Shown here: positions 54,999 to 63,680 of the stretch, in pieces
How the letters are laid out: each line of letters opens with the position of its first letter
Numbering within the stretch: the first letter of the stretch is position 1
IMG/VR virus record: IMGVR_UViG_3300041955_000884
Coordinates: 1 to 64,000 of that record
DNA from: a virus
Length of the DNA: 64,000 nt
Reading direction: 5' to 3' (one strand)
Notes under the pieces: generated by a model
The model's input: only the letters and a program-made list of their open reading frames with translations
What the model was told of the DNA's origin: nothing
The model's database searches: none
Made by a program: the position numbers and the translations under genes

Positions 54999-55645
54999 CA
55001 GCTCACCCCGTCGTGCGAAATGAGATAGGCCTTCGCCGCGTCAAGGAGCGCGACGCTGTCCTGAAGTGCACCGAGGCCGGAGTTGCACTGGCGACAAAGG
55101 ATGCCGCGGACCTTTCCCGTCCGGTGGCTGTGATCAACGCATGTGTGGCGCGAGGAGCGCTCAAGGTTGCCTTTGCATACCGCGCATCTGCCGCCCTGGG
55201 CATCAAACAGGGCATGGAAGGCATCTGGCGTAATGCCGTACTTCGCTGTGCGGCGCTTCAACTGGTTGCGTTCAGCATTCTGCTCATTAGCTTCTGCCGT
55301 CCGCGCGGCCGCACAAGGCTTGCATACGTTCAGCCTGCCGAACTTGAAGCCCGCTGACTTGTGATAGTCGGTGAGCGGCTTTTCGATGCGGCACCGGGTG
55401 CAAACCCTGGCTAGCCCGGCAATCTCCGGGGCCTCATCGTCGTGCGTCTCGTACCGGTTGTAACCAGGCCGCGCGGCTCGGCGGTCTTTGCCATATTTCG
55501 CCTCGCACAATCGGCACCACGAACGTAGTCCGCTCTTCGTCCCGGAGGAGCGCGCGAATACCGCGACCGGTAACTCGACGCGGCAATGGCCGCAGACCTT
55601 CGTCTGCGCGGGGAATTCCAGGACCTGGGCGGTAGCTTGCGACAT
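54998..55645 (-). CDS. endonuclease VII-type homing endonuclease
   Basis: KYGIT...QGGRCAVC...CVDHSHRTGKVRGILCRQCNSGLG; own promoter TTGACG-17-TAGTTT. Confidence 0.88.
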   Translation of the reverse strand: MSQATAQVLEFPAQTKVCGHCRVELPVAVFARSSGTKSGLRSWCRLCEAKYGKDRRAARPGYNRYETHDDEAPEIAGLARVCTRCRIEKPLTDYHKSAGFKFGRLNVCKPCAAARTAEANEQNAERNQLKRRTAKYGITPDAFHALFDAQGGRCAVCKGNLERSSRHTCVDHSHRTGKVRGILCRQCNSGLGALQDSVALLDAAKAYLISHDGVS

Positions 55646-55693
55646 GCGCGAAACTATCCTAATTTGGCAAGGACGTCAACGCCTTAGCTGGCG

Positions 55694-56218
55694 TCAGCCG
55701 TTCTTCTCGCGCGGTGGCTCGGTGCCGCCCTTGCCCTCGGGCTTCTCGGTGATGCCTCCGGTCGGGCCCGTGCCGCTCTCGCCGCCGAAGTGGCGCTCGT
55801 GCATTTCGCGATGCTCGCCCTCGTGACGGGTGTGCATCCGCTGCAGCTCCTTGTGGTGGCGCTCGGCCATCGCCTGGTGCGTCTCGTGGTGGTGGCCAGC
55901 CTCGCGCATGGAATGCTCGTGCTGGTGGCGCACGTGCATTTCGTGCCGCTCGTGCGCATGACGGGCGTGCATCTGGTTGCGCTCGTGGGCGTGGTGGTGG
56001 GTCTCAACCCCAGCGGTTCCGGCCATCACATCTCCTTTGGCGTTGCCGCCTTCCTTCATGGTTCCTTCGGCCCGCGGCGGCTTCGCGGCAGCGGCCGCGG
56101 CCTCAGCCTCGTGGCCGGACTTGTTGGTGTCGCCCTCGCCAGCGACGGCCTTTTCCTTGATGCGCGGCGACTTGCCGTAGAGCTTGCCGGCGCCCTTCTT
56201 CGTCTTCTCTTCGGCCAT
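55694..56218 (-). CDS. histidine-rich protein
   Basis: GGGAGG RBS, ATG 56218; HHHAHERNQMHARHAHERHEMH... tract. Confidence 0.75.
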   Translation of the reverse strand: MAEEKTKKGAGKLYGKSPRIKEKAVAGEGDTNKSGHEAEAAAAAAKPPRAEGTMKEGGNAKGDVMAGTAGVETHHHAHERNQMHARHAHERHEMHVRHQHEHSMREAGHHHETHQAMAERHHKELQRMHTRHEGEHREMHERHFGGESGTGPTGGITEKPEGKGGTEPPREKNG

Positions 56219-56559
56219 CAGTCCCTCCCAACCGTCTTCGGACGGTAGAGCTTCGAGGCCCGCGACTTCTCTTTGCTGCCGCCGATGGGCGGCTCCCCGA
56301 GCTCTTTCGCGCGCTTGTTGATCCACGCGCGGGCGGGCCCGGGATTCTTGGCGCGCCCGATATCGTGCTTGGCATTCGCGAGGTCGGAGGCGTTCCTGAT
56401 GGGGAAGCGGCCGCCAGGCATCGACTCGCCCTTGGACTCCGCCTCGCGACGGGCATTCGCGCTCACGCTGCCGGATTCGGTCCGGAAGGAGTGCGTGCCC
56501 TCACCCAGACCGTGGGAGTGCTTCTTCACGACGGTGCTCAGCTTGCGCTTCTCAGCCAC
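56218..56559 (-). CDS. small basic protein (DUF6582-like helical motif)
   Basis: PGGRFPIRNASDLANA...ARAWINKRAKELG. Confidence 0.7.
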   Translation of the reverse strand: MAEKRKLSTVVKKHSHGLGEGTHSFRTESGSVSANARREAESKGESMPGGRFPIRNASDLANAKHDIGRAKNPGPARAWINKRAKELGEPPIGGSKEKSRASKLYRPKTVGRD

Positions 56560-56749
56560 GGGCGATGCCTTTCGCCTTGTAGAGACGCGATGCGCGGGAC
56601 TTCGCTGGCTTCGGCGCCTTGGCCGGCAGCTTGCCGCCCTGGTCCGCGGCCATGAACTCCTTGCCGACGGACGGCGGGATTCCGAGCTTGGACTTCCCTT
56701 CCATCGCGCTGGCCATCGCGGCTCGCTGTGCGGTTGACACCGGAGGCAT
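56552..56749 (-). CDS. small basic phage protein
   Basis: TGATG-coupled; MPPVSTAQRAAM...LGIPPSVGKEF. Confidence 0.7.
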   Translation of the reverse strand: MPPVSTAQRAAMASAMEGKSKLGIPPSVGKEFMAADQGGKLPAKAPKPAKSRASRLYKAKGIARG

Positions 56750-57549
56750 CAGTTCATCGCATCCACGGTCATGAGGTTGAACGTGCTCGAGGTCGTCGCC
56801 GCCGTGTTGTTGCACGTCACGGAGATGTACAGGGCCGACGTGGTCGTGCCCGTCGTGACGGACGGCGCCGTCATGCCGGAATGCGCCGATCCGGCGATGG
56901 CGCCGTTCGACGTGACGATCTGCCCCGGGCCGCCCGTGTTGAAGACGTTCCCGGACACGTACCAGCCGCCGCTGTTGCTCGTTGTCGTTCCGGTGTCGGC
57001 CATGACGGTGCCGCCGGAGATGGTGGCCCCGGCGGTCTGTGCATTCGGCGAGAAGAACATCTTCACGCGCTTCGCGGTCGCGTCGGCCGAAAAGCTGCCC
57101 CAAGCCTGGGCCGTGATCATCCGGTTCGTGATATCCAGCGAGTTGGCGGGGATGACGTAGACGGCCACCACGATATCGGCGCCGATGAAGGCGGGATTGA
57201 TGCCCGTAGTGCCCTGGCGGAAGATGTTGCCCGCAGCGCTGGCGACAGCGGCGCCGGAGCCGAACTGCGCGCCCTCCGTGTTCGGGTTCGTGCCGCCGTT
57301 GGCGTAGTCGGCCCCGGTGAATACCCACTTTGCGGCCCCGACGGCATTGTCGTGGCATGTCCACCAGCGCAGCGCGCCGGCAGACGTATTGCACCACTGG
57401 GAGCCGACCTGGTAGTTCTGGGTGCTGTCGTTGGCGGTCGTCGGGTCCGTCGTCTGGTTAAAGGTGTCCAGGACGAGAACCTCAGCCGCGGTGGGCTGCG
57501 TGCCCGCCGACTGCGGATAGACGATCCTTGCCTGGCCGAGAAGCGCCAT
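56749..57549 (-). CDS. putative head decoration/fibre protein
   Basis: DPTTANDSTQNYQVGSQW...CHDNAVGAAKW motif, Thr/Gly-rich. Confidence 0.7.
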   Translation of the reverse strand: MALLGQARIVYPQSAGTQPTAAEVLVLDTFNQTTDPTTANDSTQNYQVGSQWCNTSAGALRWWTCHDNAVGAAKWVFTGADYANGGTNPNTEGAQFGSGAAVASAAGNIFRQGTTGINPAFIGADIVVAVYVIPANSLDITNRMITAQAWGSFSADATAKRVKMFFSPNAQTAGATISGGTVMADTGTTTSNSGGWYVSGNVFNTGGPGQIVTSNGAIAGSAHSGMTAPSVTTGTTTSALYISVTCNNTAATTSSTFNLMTVDAMN

Positions 57550-57560
57550 TCAATCCGTCC

Positions 57561-58232
57561 TCAGGCCACCCGGCGCTCGCCGGCGGATGGCGACAGCTCG
57601 CCTTCACGCGGTGCGCGCGGTGCGGCGGTCGGCCGGTTTGCTTCGGGCCCAGTCTGCGGTGCGGCAGGCACGGCCATGGCCTTGCGCTGCTTCGGCTGGC
57701 CGCGGCGCTCGGCGGCTTGCGCCTCCGGCAGGTGCGGCATCGCCGGCACGTTGTTCAGTGGCACCGGCATCTTGATTTCCTGCGGGGCCGCATTGGCCAG
57801 CGCCTTGGCGTCTTCCAGAGCGCGGTCGAGAAGCACGCCGCGGTCGGTCATCAGGCCGAGGAATTCGCGGCCGCGAAGGGCGGCGACGTTGCGGGCGCCG
57901 ATGGAGAGGCGCTGGAGATGAACCCCCATGGCGCGCTTCGCCGGCTCGTTCTGCGGCACCATCGACGTGTCAGGCTCCTCGGTGTAGTCGAGGGTCATGC
58001 CGGCCGGGAAGTAGGTGTTGTCGAGGAAAACCGGCTCGTTGAGGAAGTAACGCGGGAGTTCGCCCTGAGGAACGGCGGCAGTGCGCTGCTCCAGCGCGGC
58101 GAGGCGCTGGCGGAGATCCTCGTTCTCGCGAGCGAGGAGTTGCGTCTCGGTGTCCTTCGAGTGCTGCGTCACAAAGCTCGGCGTGTTGCGGGCCGTCTCG
58201 TCGCGCTGGTCTGCGGTCATGTTCAAGGCCAT
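57561..58232 (-). CDS. hypothetical head-region protein
   Basis: 223 aa, GAGGT RBS, directly after the cement gene. Confidence 0.7.
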   Translation of the reverse strand: MALNMTADQRDETARNTPSFVTQHSKDTETQLLARENEDLRQRLAALEQRTAAVPQGELPRYFLNEPVFLDNTYFPAGMTLDYTEEPDTSMVPQNEPAKRAMGVHLQRLSIGARNVAALRGREFLGLMTDRGVLLDRALEDAKALANAAPQEIKMPVPLNNVPAMPHLPEAQAAERRGQPKQRKAMAVPAAPQTGPEANRPTAAPRAPREGELSPSAGERRVA

Positions 58233-58244
58233 GGGTCAGATACC

Positions 58245-58781
58245 TCAGGAGACCGAGAACCCGGCCGCGTATTGGCCGAGTGTGCCAGCGCTTTCCTCGG
58301 CGGCAAGGACGATGCCGGCCAGGACGGTGCCCGTTGACAGGCCGGCCGTGCCCGCGTTCGCCGAGAGAACCATGTTGAGCTGATAGTAGAGCGGAAGCGC
58401 CACGAGCTGCGCCGAGCTCGATGCCGAGCTTACGGGCCGCGACGGGACATCGAAGGTGTACTGCGTGCCCGCTCCCCAGCTCGCCGTGGTGGACGCCCCG
58501 GTCTCGTAGTAGGTCGTCCAGTGGCTGGAGTCCGTCGAGCCCTGGAACTGGACGTTGACGGCGAGGGTAGCCGACGAGGACGTGAACGCAGTCCCGACGA
58601 CCATCCGAACCTGCGGGATTTCCTGGCCCGGGCCGATGCCGAGGTCGCGGGCATTGCCAAGGTTGATGACAGTGCTCGCCGAGCTCGTGGCGAGGCCCAC
58701 CATCGTGGCGAACTCGCCCGACGTGAAGGCATAGGTGCCGCTATTGTGCCAGAAGAGCAGCGTGCTGTCGAAAAGTGCCAT
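58245..58781 (-). CDS. capsid cement protein (Bbp16-like)
   Basis: STVINLGNARDLGIG...LAVNVQFQGSTDSSHW; directly downstream of MCP. Confidence 0.8.
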   Translation of the reverse strand: MALFDSTLLFWHNSGTYAFTSGEFATMVGLATSSASTVINLGNARDLGIGPGQEIPQVRMVVGTAFTSSSATLAVNVQFQGSTDSSHWTTYYETGASTTASWGAGTQYTFDVPSRPVSSASSSAQLVALPLYYQLNMVLSANAGTAGLSTGTVLAGIVLAAEESAGTLGQYAAGFSVS

Positions 58782-58808
58782 GGGGTGTTCTCTCTCGCTA
58801 CTCGGCGT

Positions 58809-59852
58809 TCAGGACAGGGTGCTCTCGGTGGTGAGCAGGGCGTCAACCACGCGGATGGGAATGCCGCGGAATTCCACGACAGGCTGGCCGGCGTACTCGG
58901 TCGGCCGCAGCAGCACGTTCTTGTCACGAATCGCTTGGATATCGAGCGATTCGCGCACGGTGCGGTTGCAGTAGAAGGCCGGATTGATGCCCGGAGCCGG
59001 CTCGTCCGGTGCGTCCGTCTCGATGATGCCGGAGGCCCGCTTCGTCAGTGTCGGGAAGCGGATGACAGCCTTCGACATGAGCAGGAACAGGTCCGGCGGC
59101 GTCGTGCCGAACAGGCCGACTGCAGCCGTGGTCGTGTCGATGTTCGCGATGCGGACGGCGAAGCGCCAGTCCTTCGTCACCAGGCCGGCGTTCCATTCGA
59201 AGTAGCTGGTGTACGCCGGGAACGGGTTGTTGGAAACATCGTAGCCCGGGACGATGTCGCCACGGTCCTCGAAGACGAGGCCTGCCTTCGTGCCCTTCGG
59301 GTAGATGCCGAAGTTGGTTAAGTCGCCCCAGCCGACCATCCAGAGGCTGGCGTTGGACGAGGCCGTGCCACCGGCGTTGATGGTGTTCTGGGCGTTCGTC
59401 GCGTTCGCGGTGCTGATGGTGTTGTAGCGCGGCGAGAAGCCGGTGAACTGGCTCGGCGTGGTGGCTGCGTTGCCGTACCAGAAGGTAGTCGCCATCTGCT
59501 GGCTCATGCCTTCCAGGAAGGCCGAGTCCTCGGTGAGCCGGATCTGCGCCACCTTGCCGCCTAGCTCGGCGACGCGCTTGTCAAGTTGGCTGTAGGCGGC
59601 CAGGAAGCCCAGCGTGTCCACGACCTGCGCGGTGGTCGAACGGGCGTACGGCACGCCAGCGTAGGCGACGCGCCAAGTGCCAGACGGCAGCCCGGTGCGG
59701 ACCGTGCTCTTGTGGCCGGTGTCGAGGTTCGACTCTGCCCAGGTCATGTCCTGGAAGAACTCGTTCGCCTGGCTGAGGAGCTCGGCGATGGTGTCGATCT
59801 CACCGTCGGGGTCGAGCCGGCGTGCGGCGTCCATGAGGGAGAGGAATGCCAT
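58809..59852 (-). CDS. major capsid protein (BPP-1/epsilon15-like)
   Basis: IAELLSQANE, VRTGLP, EDSAFLEGMSQ, FTGFSPRY, DWRFAVRIANID, FRGIPIRVVDALLTTE. Confidence 0.93.
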   Translation of the reverse strand: MAFLSLMDAARRLDPDGEIDTIAELLSQANEFFQDMTWAESNLDTGHKSTVRTGLPSGTWRVAYAGVPYARSTTAQVVDTLGFLAAYSQLDKRVAELGGKVAQIRLTEDSAFLEGMSQQMATTFWYGNAATTPSQFTGFSPRYNTISTANATNAQNTINAGGTASSNASLWMVGWGDLTNFGIYPKGTKAGLVFEDRGDIVPGYDVSNNPFPAYTSYFEWNAGLVTKDWRFAVRIANIDTTTAAVGLFGTTPPDLFLLMSKAVIRFPTLTKRASGIIETDAPDEPAPGINPAFYCNRTVRESLDIQAIRDKNVLLRPTEYAGQPVVEFRGIPIRVVDALLTTESTLS

Positions 59853-60751
59853 CAGGCAGCTCCTTGATTCGTGCCAGTGTTGCGGTAGAGACGCGCGGCC
59901 CTGCTGGCGCCAGGCACGGGCGCGCGCGGCATCATCGGCGTGACGACGCGGGCGGTTTCGGTCAGGCGGCTCGCGGCCCAGTTGACGAAGCGGAGGACCT
60001 CGAGGTGGTTGCCGGCGCCCGTCATCGTGAAGACATCACGGAGGGCGGAAAGGCGGTCGGGGCCGACCTGGGAACCGTAGAGGTCCATCAGGCCGCCCAT
60101 ACGGGTGAGGGTGGTCTCTTGGCGGTTGCGGCCGAGCTGCGGGTCGTTGCGGAAGGCTGTCTGCCATTCCTCCTGCGTCCGCTCCCACGTCTCCTTCTGG
60201 AGGCGAGTGAAGCGGTCGGCGTCCTCGCGGGCCTGGGTGACGTAGAGGTCGGCGAGCTTCTGGCGAAGGTCCGCGAAGGCGGCGTGCATCTCGGCCGGAT
60301 TGCTGAGGGCGCGAAGCTCCTGCTCAGCCACGAGGTCATCGAAGGCCGTCACCTTCGCGTCGTCGAACTTCACGCCGTCGGGGAGCTTGAGGGCCTCATA
60401 GACGGGCTTCGCCGGAGGTTCGGGCTTGGCGGCTTCCGCGGGCTTCTCGGCTTCGGCTGGCTTGGCGTCGGCGACTGGCTCCGCAGGCTTCTCGGCGGCG
60501 GGAGCCTCGGCGGGCGCTGGCTCGGCTGGCTTCTCGCCCTGGGCGCCGCTCAGTATGCTCTGTGGCGCCTCAGCGGCCGGCGCGGCTTCAGAAGAAGCCG
60601 CCGGCGCCGCGTCAGCCGCAGGCGCCGGCGCAGGTGCGTCCGCCGTAGGTCCCAGCACAGTGGCAGCGGACGGGGAGGATGGAGCGGCGGCTGGCGCGGC
60701 AGCAGCCGGAGCTACGGGGGCGGCGGAAGCCGCAGCGACTTCGTCAGTCAC
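59852..60751 (-). CDS. scaffolding protein
   Basis: Pro/Ala-rich N-terminus, YEALKLPDG, TGAGNHLEVLRF; directly upstream of MCP. Confidence 0.8.
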   Translation of the reverse strand: MTDEVAAASAAPVAPAAAAPAAAPSSPSAATVLGPTADAPAPAPAADAAPAASSEAAPAAEAPQSILSGAQGEKPAEPAPAEAPAAEKPAEPVADAKPAEAEKPAEAAKPEPPAKPVYEALKLPDGVKFDDAKVTAFDDLVAEQELRALSNPAEMHAAFADLRQKLADLYVTQAREDADRFTRLQKETWERTQEEWQTAFRNDPQLGRNRQETTLTRMGGLMDLYGSQVGPDRLSALRDVFTMTGAGNHLEVLRFVNWAASRLTETARVVTPMMPRAPVPGASRAARLYRNTGTNQGAA

Positions 60752-61082
60752 GGTCGTTCTCGCGAACCATGCGGCCGAAATCCTCCGGGTTCACCTTGGC
60801 GAAGCGGCGCATGGCCTGGAGGCCCGCTTCACGCTCGCCAGCGAAAAATCCGTTCTCGTAGTCGGAACCCGACATAGCCACCCGTTGTTCGAAGACATGC
60901 AGCCGCTGAAGAAAGCCCCAAAGCCATTCACGTCCTCCGGGGGTCCCGAGAAGCGCCTCTTCAACCTGGCGCAGCCGGTCCTCACGAAGGCTGGCTTCCG
61001 CTTTCCGCTTCCGCTCGCCCTCAGGATCGGCGTGGTCGTAATCGCCGGGTTCGGGAGCGCTTGGCAGCGTTGGCTCGGCCAT
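60744..61082 (-). CDS. Bbp19-like small head-assembly protein
   Basis: LLGTPGGREWLWGFL...FFAGEREAGL. Confidence 0.75.
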   Translation of the reverse strand: MAEPTLPSAPEPGDYDHADPEGERKRKAEASLREDRLRQVEEALLGTPGGREWLWGFLQRLHVFEQRVAMSGSDYENGFFAGEREAGLQAMRRFAKVNPEDFGRMVRENDRD

Positions 61083-61189
61083 GGCTGGTAAAAATGTCCG
61101 GCAAATGCCGCAAGAACAAGGATAACCGCGAGTTTCTTGCATTTCTTCGCCCACTTGCGCACGACGGATGAACGCGGCATACTGCGCGC

Positions 61190-61378
61190 ATGAGTTCAAC
61201 CGCATCTCTCGTGTCGAATCGGCTGACGGTGTGCGTGAGCAGCCGACACCGCGAGTTCATCCTGGCCGGAGTTCAGCGCTATCGGCTGAACACGTCGGAG
61301 TACGTCCGGCGGCTACTCGACATCGTCATGGACGAGGTGGAGCGGAACCATGGGCATCTGCCGCAGGTGCCGCGGTGA
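61190..61378 (+). CDS. ribbon-helix-helix-like small regulator
   Basis: RLTVCVS...LNTSEYVRRLL. Confidence 0.6.
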   Translation: MSSTASLVSNRLTVCVSSRHREFILAGVQRYRLNTSEYVRRLLDIVMDEVERNHGHLPQVPR

Positions 61379-61623
61379 GCGAGCCGACGGATATGGAATT
61401 TCGGGCGAGCGGCTACACTGCCGCTGCGAGGCAGTTCCCGCTTTCCGACGCGGCGAAGGAATGGCTGGCGCGCTTTAACGGCGTCGCTGTCGAGCGGATG
61501 CCAGCGGCATGGCACTACGCACCGAACGAATACATGCGAGCAGAAATGGAATCGCGAGCCGCGGCCCTTGACGAGCGGAATAATCCACGCTATCGGACGA
61601 GGACAGCACAGAGGATGATGGAA

Positions 61624-61872
61624 ATGCCGCACCTGTTCGCCGGAGAACCGGACGACCGCCAGTCGGAGAGCGCCGAGGCCTCGATGAGCCGTTTCCGACC
61701 GCGCTACCGCAAACTGACTGACGCGGAAGTCGTGCTCCACGATGAGCTGAAGACGAAGGCGACCGAGCTCGAGGCGCTGTTCGACAAGGTCGCGCCGGGG
61801 CGCTATCGCTCGTTGGCCTACACGGCCCTGGAAGAAGCGATCATGTGGGCCGTGAAGCAGTTGACGGCCTGA
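61624..61872 (+). CDS. Acb2/Tad1-like cyclic-nucleotide sponge (anti-defence) protein; frame is open upstream to GTG 61375
   Basis: YRKLTDAE...LKTKATELEALF...GRYRSLAYTALEEAIMWAVK; GAGGA RBS at 61611. Confidence 0.7.
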   Translation: MPHLFAGEPDDRQSESAEASMSRFRPRYRKLTDAEVVLHDELKTKATELEALFDKVAPGRYRSLAYTALEEAIMWAVKQLTA

Positions 61873-62138
61873 TGAGCGATGACTCAGACTACACCGACGC
61901 CGACCGCAAGCGCGACAATGCCATCGCGGAGAAGGCCTTCGACGCCGCCATCGACGGCGCCGAGGACGAAATCGGCGTCATCTACGCGCTGTTCCACTGC
62001 TGCCTGGCAGCGCTGACGGAGTGCGAGTGGCCGCTGGACCAGTTGATGCGGGATATCGTGTACCATGCGGATGTCGCCGAGGAGGACCGGGAGGAGCAAG
62101 CGGCGCCGGTCAGCCACCACGAACCGGGGCACGCGTGA
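61872..62138 (+). CDS. acidic hypothetical protein
   Basis: TGATG-coupled. Confidence 0.6.
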   Translation: MSDDSDYTDADRKRDNAIAEKAFDAAIDGAEDEIGVIYALFHCCLAALTECEWPLDQLMRDIVYHADVAEEDREEQAAPVSHHEPGHA

Positions 62139-62503
62139 TGGGCGATCTCCTCTTGAAGGCCATCGCGGCGTGGAACGACGAATACTTTCGCTGGGATTGG
62201 GAGTTCAACCAAGGTCGTTCCACATCTGTAGCGATGCGTTTCGATCGACGGGGGAATTATCTCCCCGTGCGTGTCGAGCCTCTGCCGGTTGCGGAAAATC
62301 AGGACGAAGACGATGCCTTTGCGATCTTCCGCGATGCCAAGGCCGCACGCGCGTTCTTGGCGGCTCTTCGGGAGCCGACTCAGGCGATGCTCGATTCCTG
62401 CTATGGCGTCACGCGCGCGCCGGACGGCAGCGTCGCCGAACTTCTTCCCGAGGCGCTGGTCGCGCAGATATGGCGCGCGATGATTGACAAGGCGCTGGAA
62501 TGA
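62138..62503 (+). CDS. hypothetical protein
   Basis: ALREPTQAM...IWRAMIDKAL motif common in proteobacterial phage proteins. Confidence 0.65.
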   Translation: MGDLLLKAIAAWNDEYFRWDWEFNQGRSTSVAMRFDRRGNYLPVRVEPLPVAENQDEDDAFAIFRDAKAARAFLAALREPTQAMLDSCYGVTRAPDGSVAELLPEALVAQIWRAMIDKALE

Positions 62504-62541
62504 ACGCCGCCTGAAAAACCAACAAATCCAAGGAGATCCCA

Positions 62542-62778
62542 GTGAAACTGCAATCGGTTAAGGACGTCGCCGAGGTGAAGCTCGAAGGCATCGGGATCAC
62601 CGCGATGTACGAGGACAATACCCTCAAGGAGCTTCGGCTCCGCGATGCGAAGGGTGTCTTCATCATCATCAAGCCTGGCGAGAGCTACAGCCAATGCCTT
62701 CGGGTATTCGTCCCGCAGCCGCCGGAGAAGCTCGCCGACGCGCCCGCGGCAGCCATCCCAGACGAGATGCCGTTCTGA
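62542..62778 (+). CDS. hypothetical protein
   Basis: AAGGAG RBS; ends DEMPF. Confidence 0.65.
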   Translation: MKLQSVKDVAEVKLEGIGITAMYEDNTLKELRLRDAKGVFIIIKPGESYSQCLRVFVPQPPEKLADAPAAAIPDEMPF

Positions 62779-63680
62779 TGAGCGCCGCCCTCAGAACCGG
62801 GAACGGGAAGGGAACCCAGCCAATGGCCCCAGCGCAGTTGAAGGCCGTCCCGACCGCCGCAAAGCCGCCGGCTGGTGGCATGATAACGGCCGTGGAACTC
62901 ATCACGCCGGCCCAAGCCGCCGAGTTCCTGAAACTCAACCGCACCAACCGGCCACTGCGGCAGTCGTGGATTCGCGCCCTCGCCGACATCATCGCCCGCG
63001 GTGAATGGAGGGTGACGCACCAGGGCGTGGCCATCACCAAGGAGAACGAACTCCTGGACGGCCAGCACAGGCTTAACGCGATCGTCCTCTGCGGCGTCTC
63101 GGTCGAGATGAACGTGTCCTACGACTGCGACCCAGCGACCTTCCAGGTCATCGATTCGGGCATCAAGCGGACGAGCGCGGATCACCTGCGCGTTTCGCCG
63201 ATGACGGCTGCCGTCGCACGTCTGCTGTGGCGGCTGCCGGCGCCGCGGCTTGGCCGGAGCGCGACATCCCAGCAGTTGGCAGAAGTCCTGACATGGGCGC
63301 AGCCGCTCGTCATCGAGCTGCAGGAGATCGCCAGGACAAAGACGACGCGCACGGGGGCGAACGTCCAAATGCCTTTGGCTGTGCACCTCATGGCTGGCCG
63401 CCGGGAGGTCGTCCCGAAGTTCGCTGCCTTCGTGGCGATGGACAAGGACAACATGCCGCCGAGCATCTGGTCCCTGGTCCAGCAGATGACGGACAAGAAG
63501 GCGTCGGCGTCGCGGGACCAATGGGACTTCGCTTGCCGGGTATGGCGAGCGTTCGACCCCACGAACTGGGACCAGAAGCGCGTCATCCTGAAGTCCACCG
63601 ACGTGGCGCTGGACGAGATGAACCGCGTCGTCGAGGCCTATAAGCGGGCGGTGGCGAGCGGGAAGGCGGTGAGGGCGTGA
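62778..63680 (+). CDS. ParB/Srx-like (DGQHR) domain protein
   Basis: ITPAQAAEFL...NRPL...GEW...LLDGQHRLNAI. Confidence 0.8.
   Translation: MSAALRTGNGKGTQPMAPAQLKAVPTAAKPPAGGMITAVELITPAQAAEFLKLNRTNRPLRQSWIRALADIIARGEWRVTHQGVAITKENELLDGQHRLNAIVLCGVSVEMNVSYDCDPATFQVIDSGIKRTSADHLRVSPMTAAVARLLWRLPAPRLGRSATSQQLAEVLTWAQPLVIELQEIARTKTTRTGANVQMPLAVHLMAGRREVVPKFAAFVAMDKDNMPPSIWSLVQQMTDKKASASRDQWDFACRVWRAFDPTNWDQKRVILKSTDVALDEMNRVVEAYKRAVASGKAVRA

Noticed and set aside
9940-59860. C-terminal Ala-Ala degrons on several proteins (DAA, GAAA, ENAA, QGAA)
   Set aside because: Can arise from GC-rich spacers between SD and overlapping stop/start codons; cannot be distinguished from chance here
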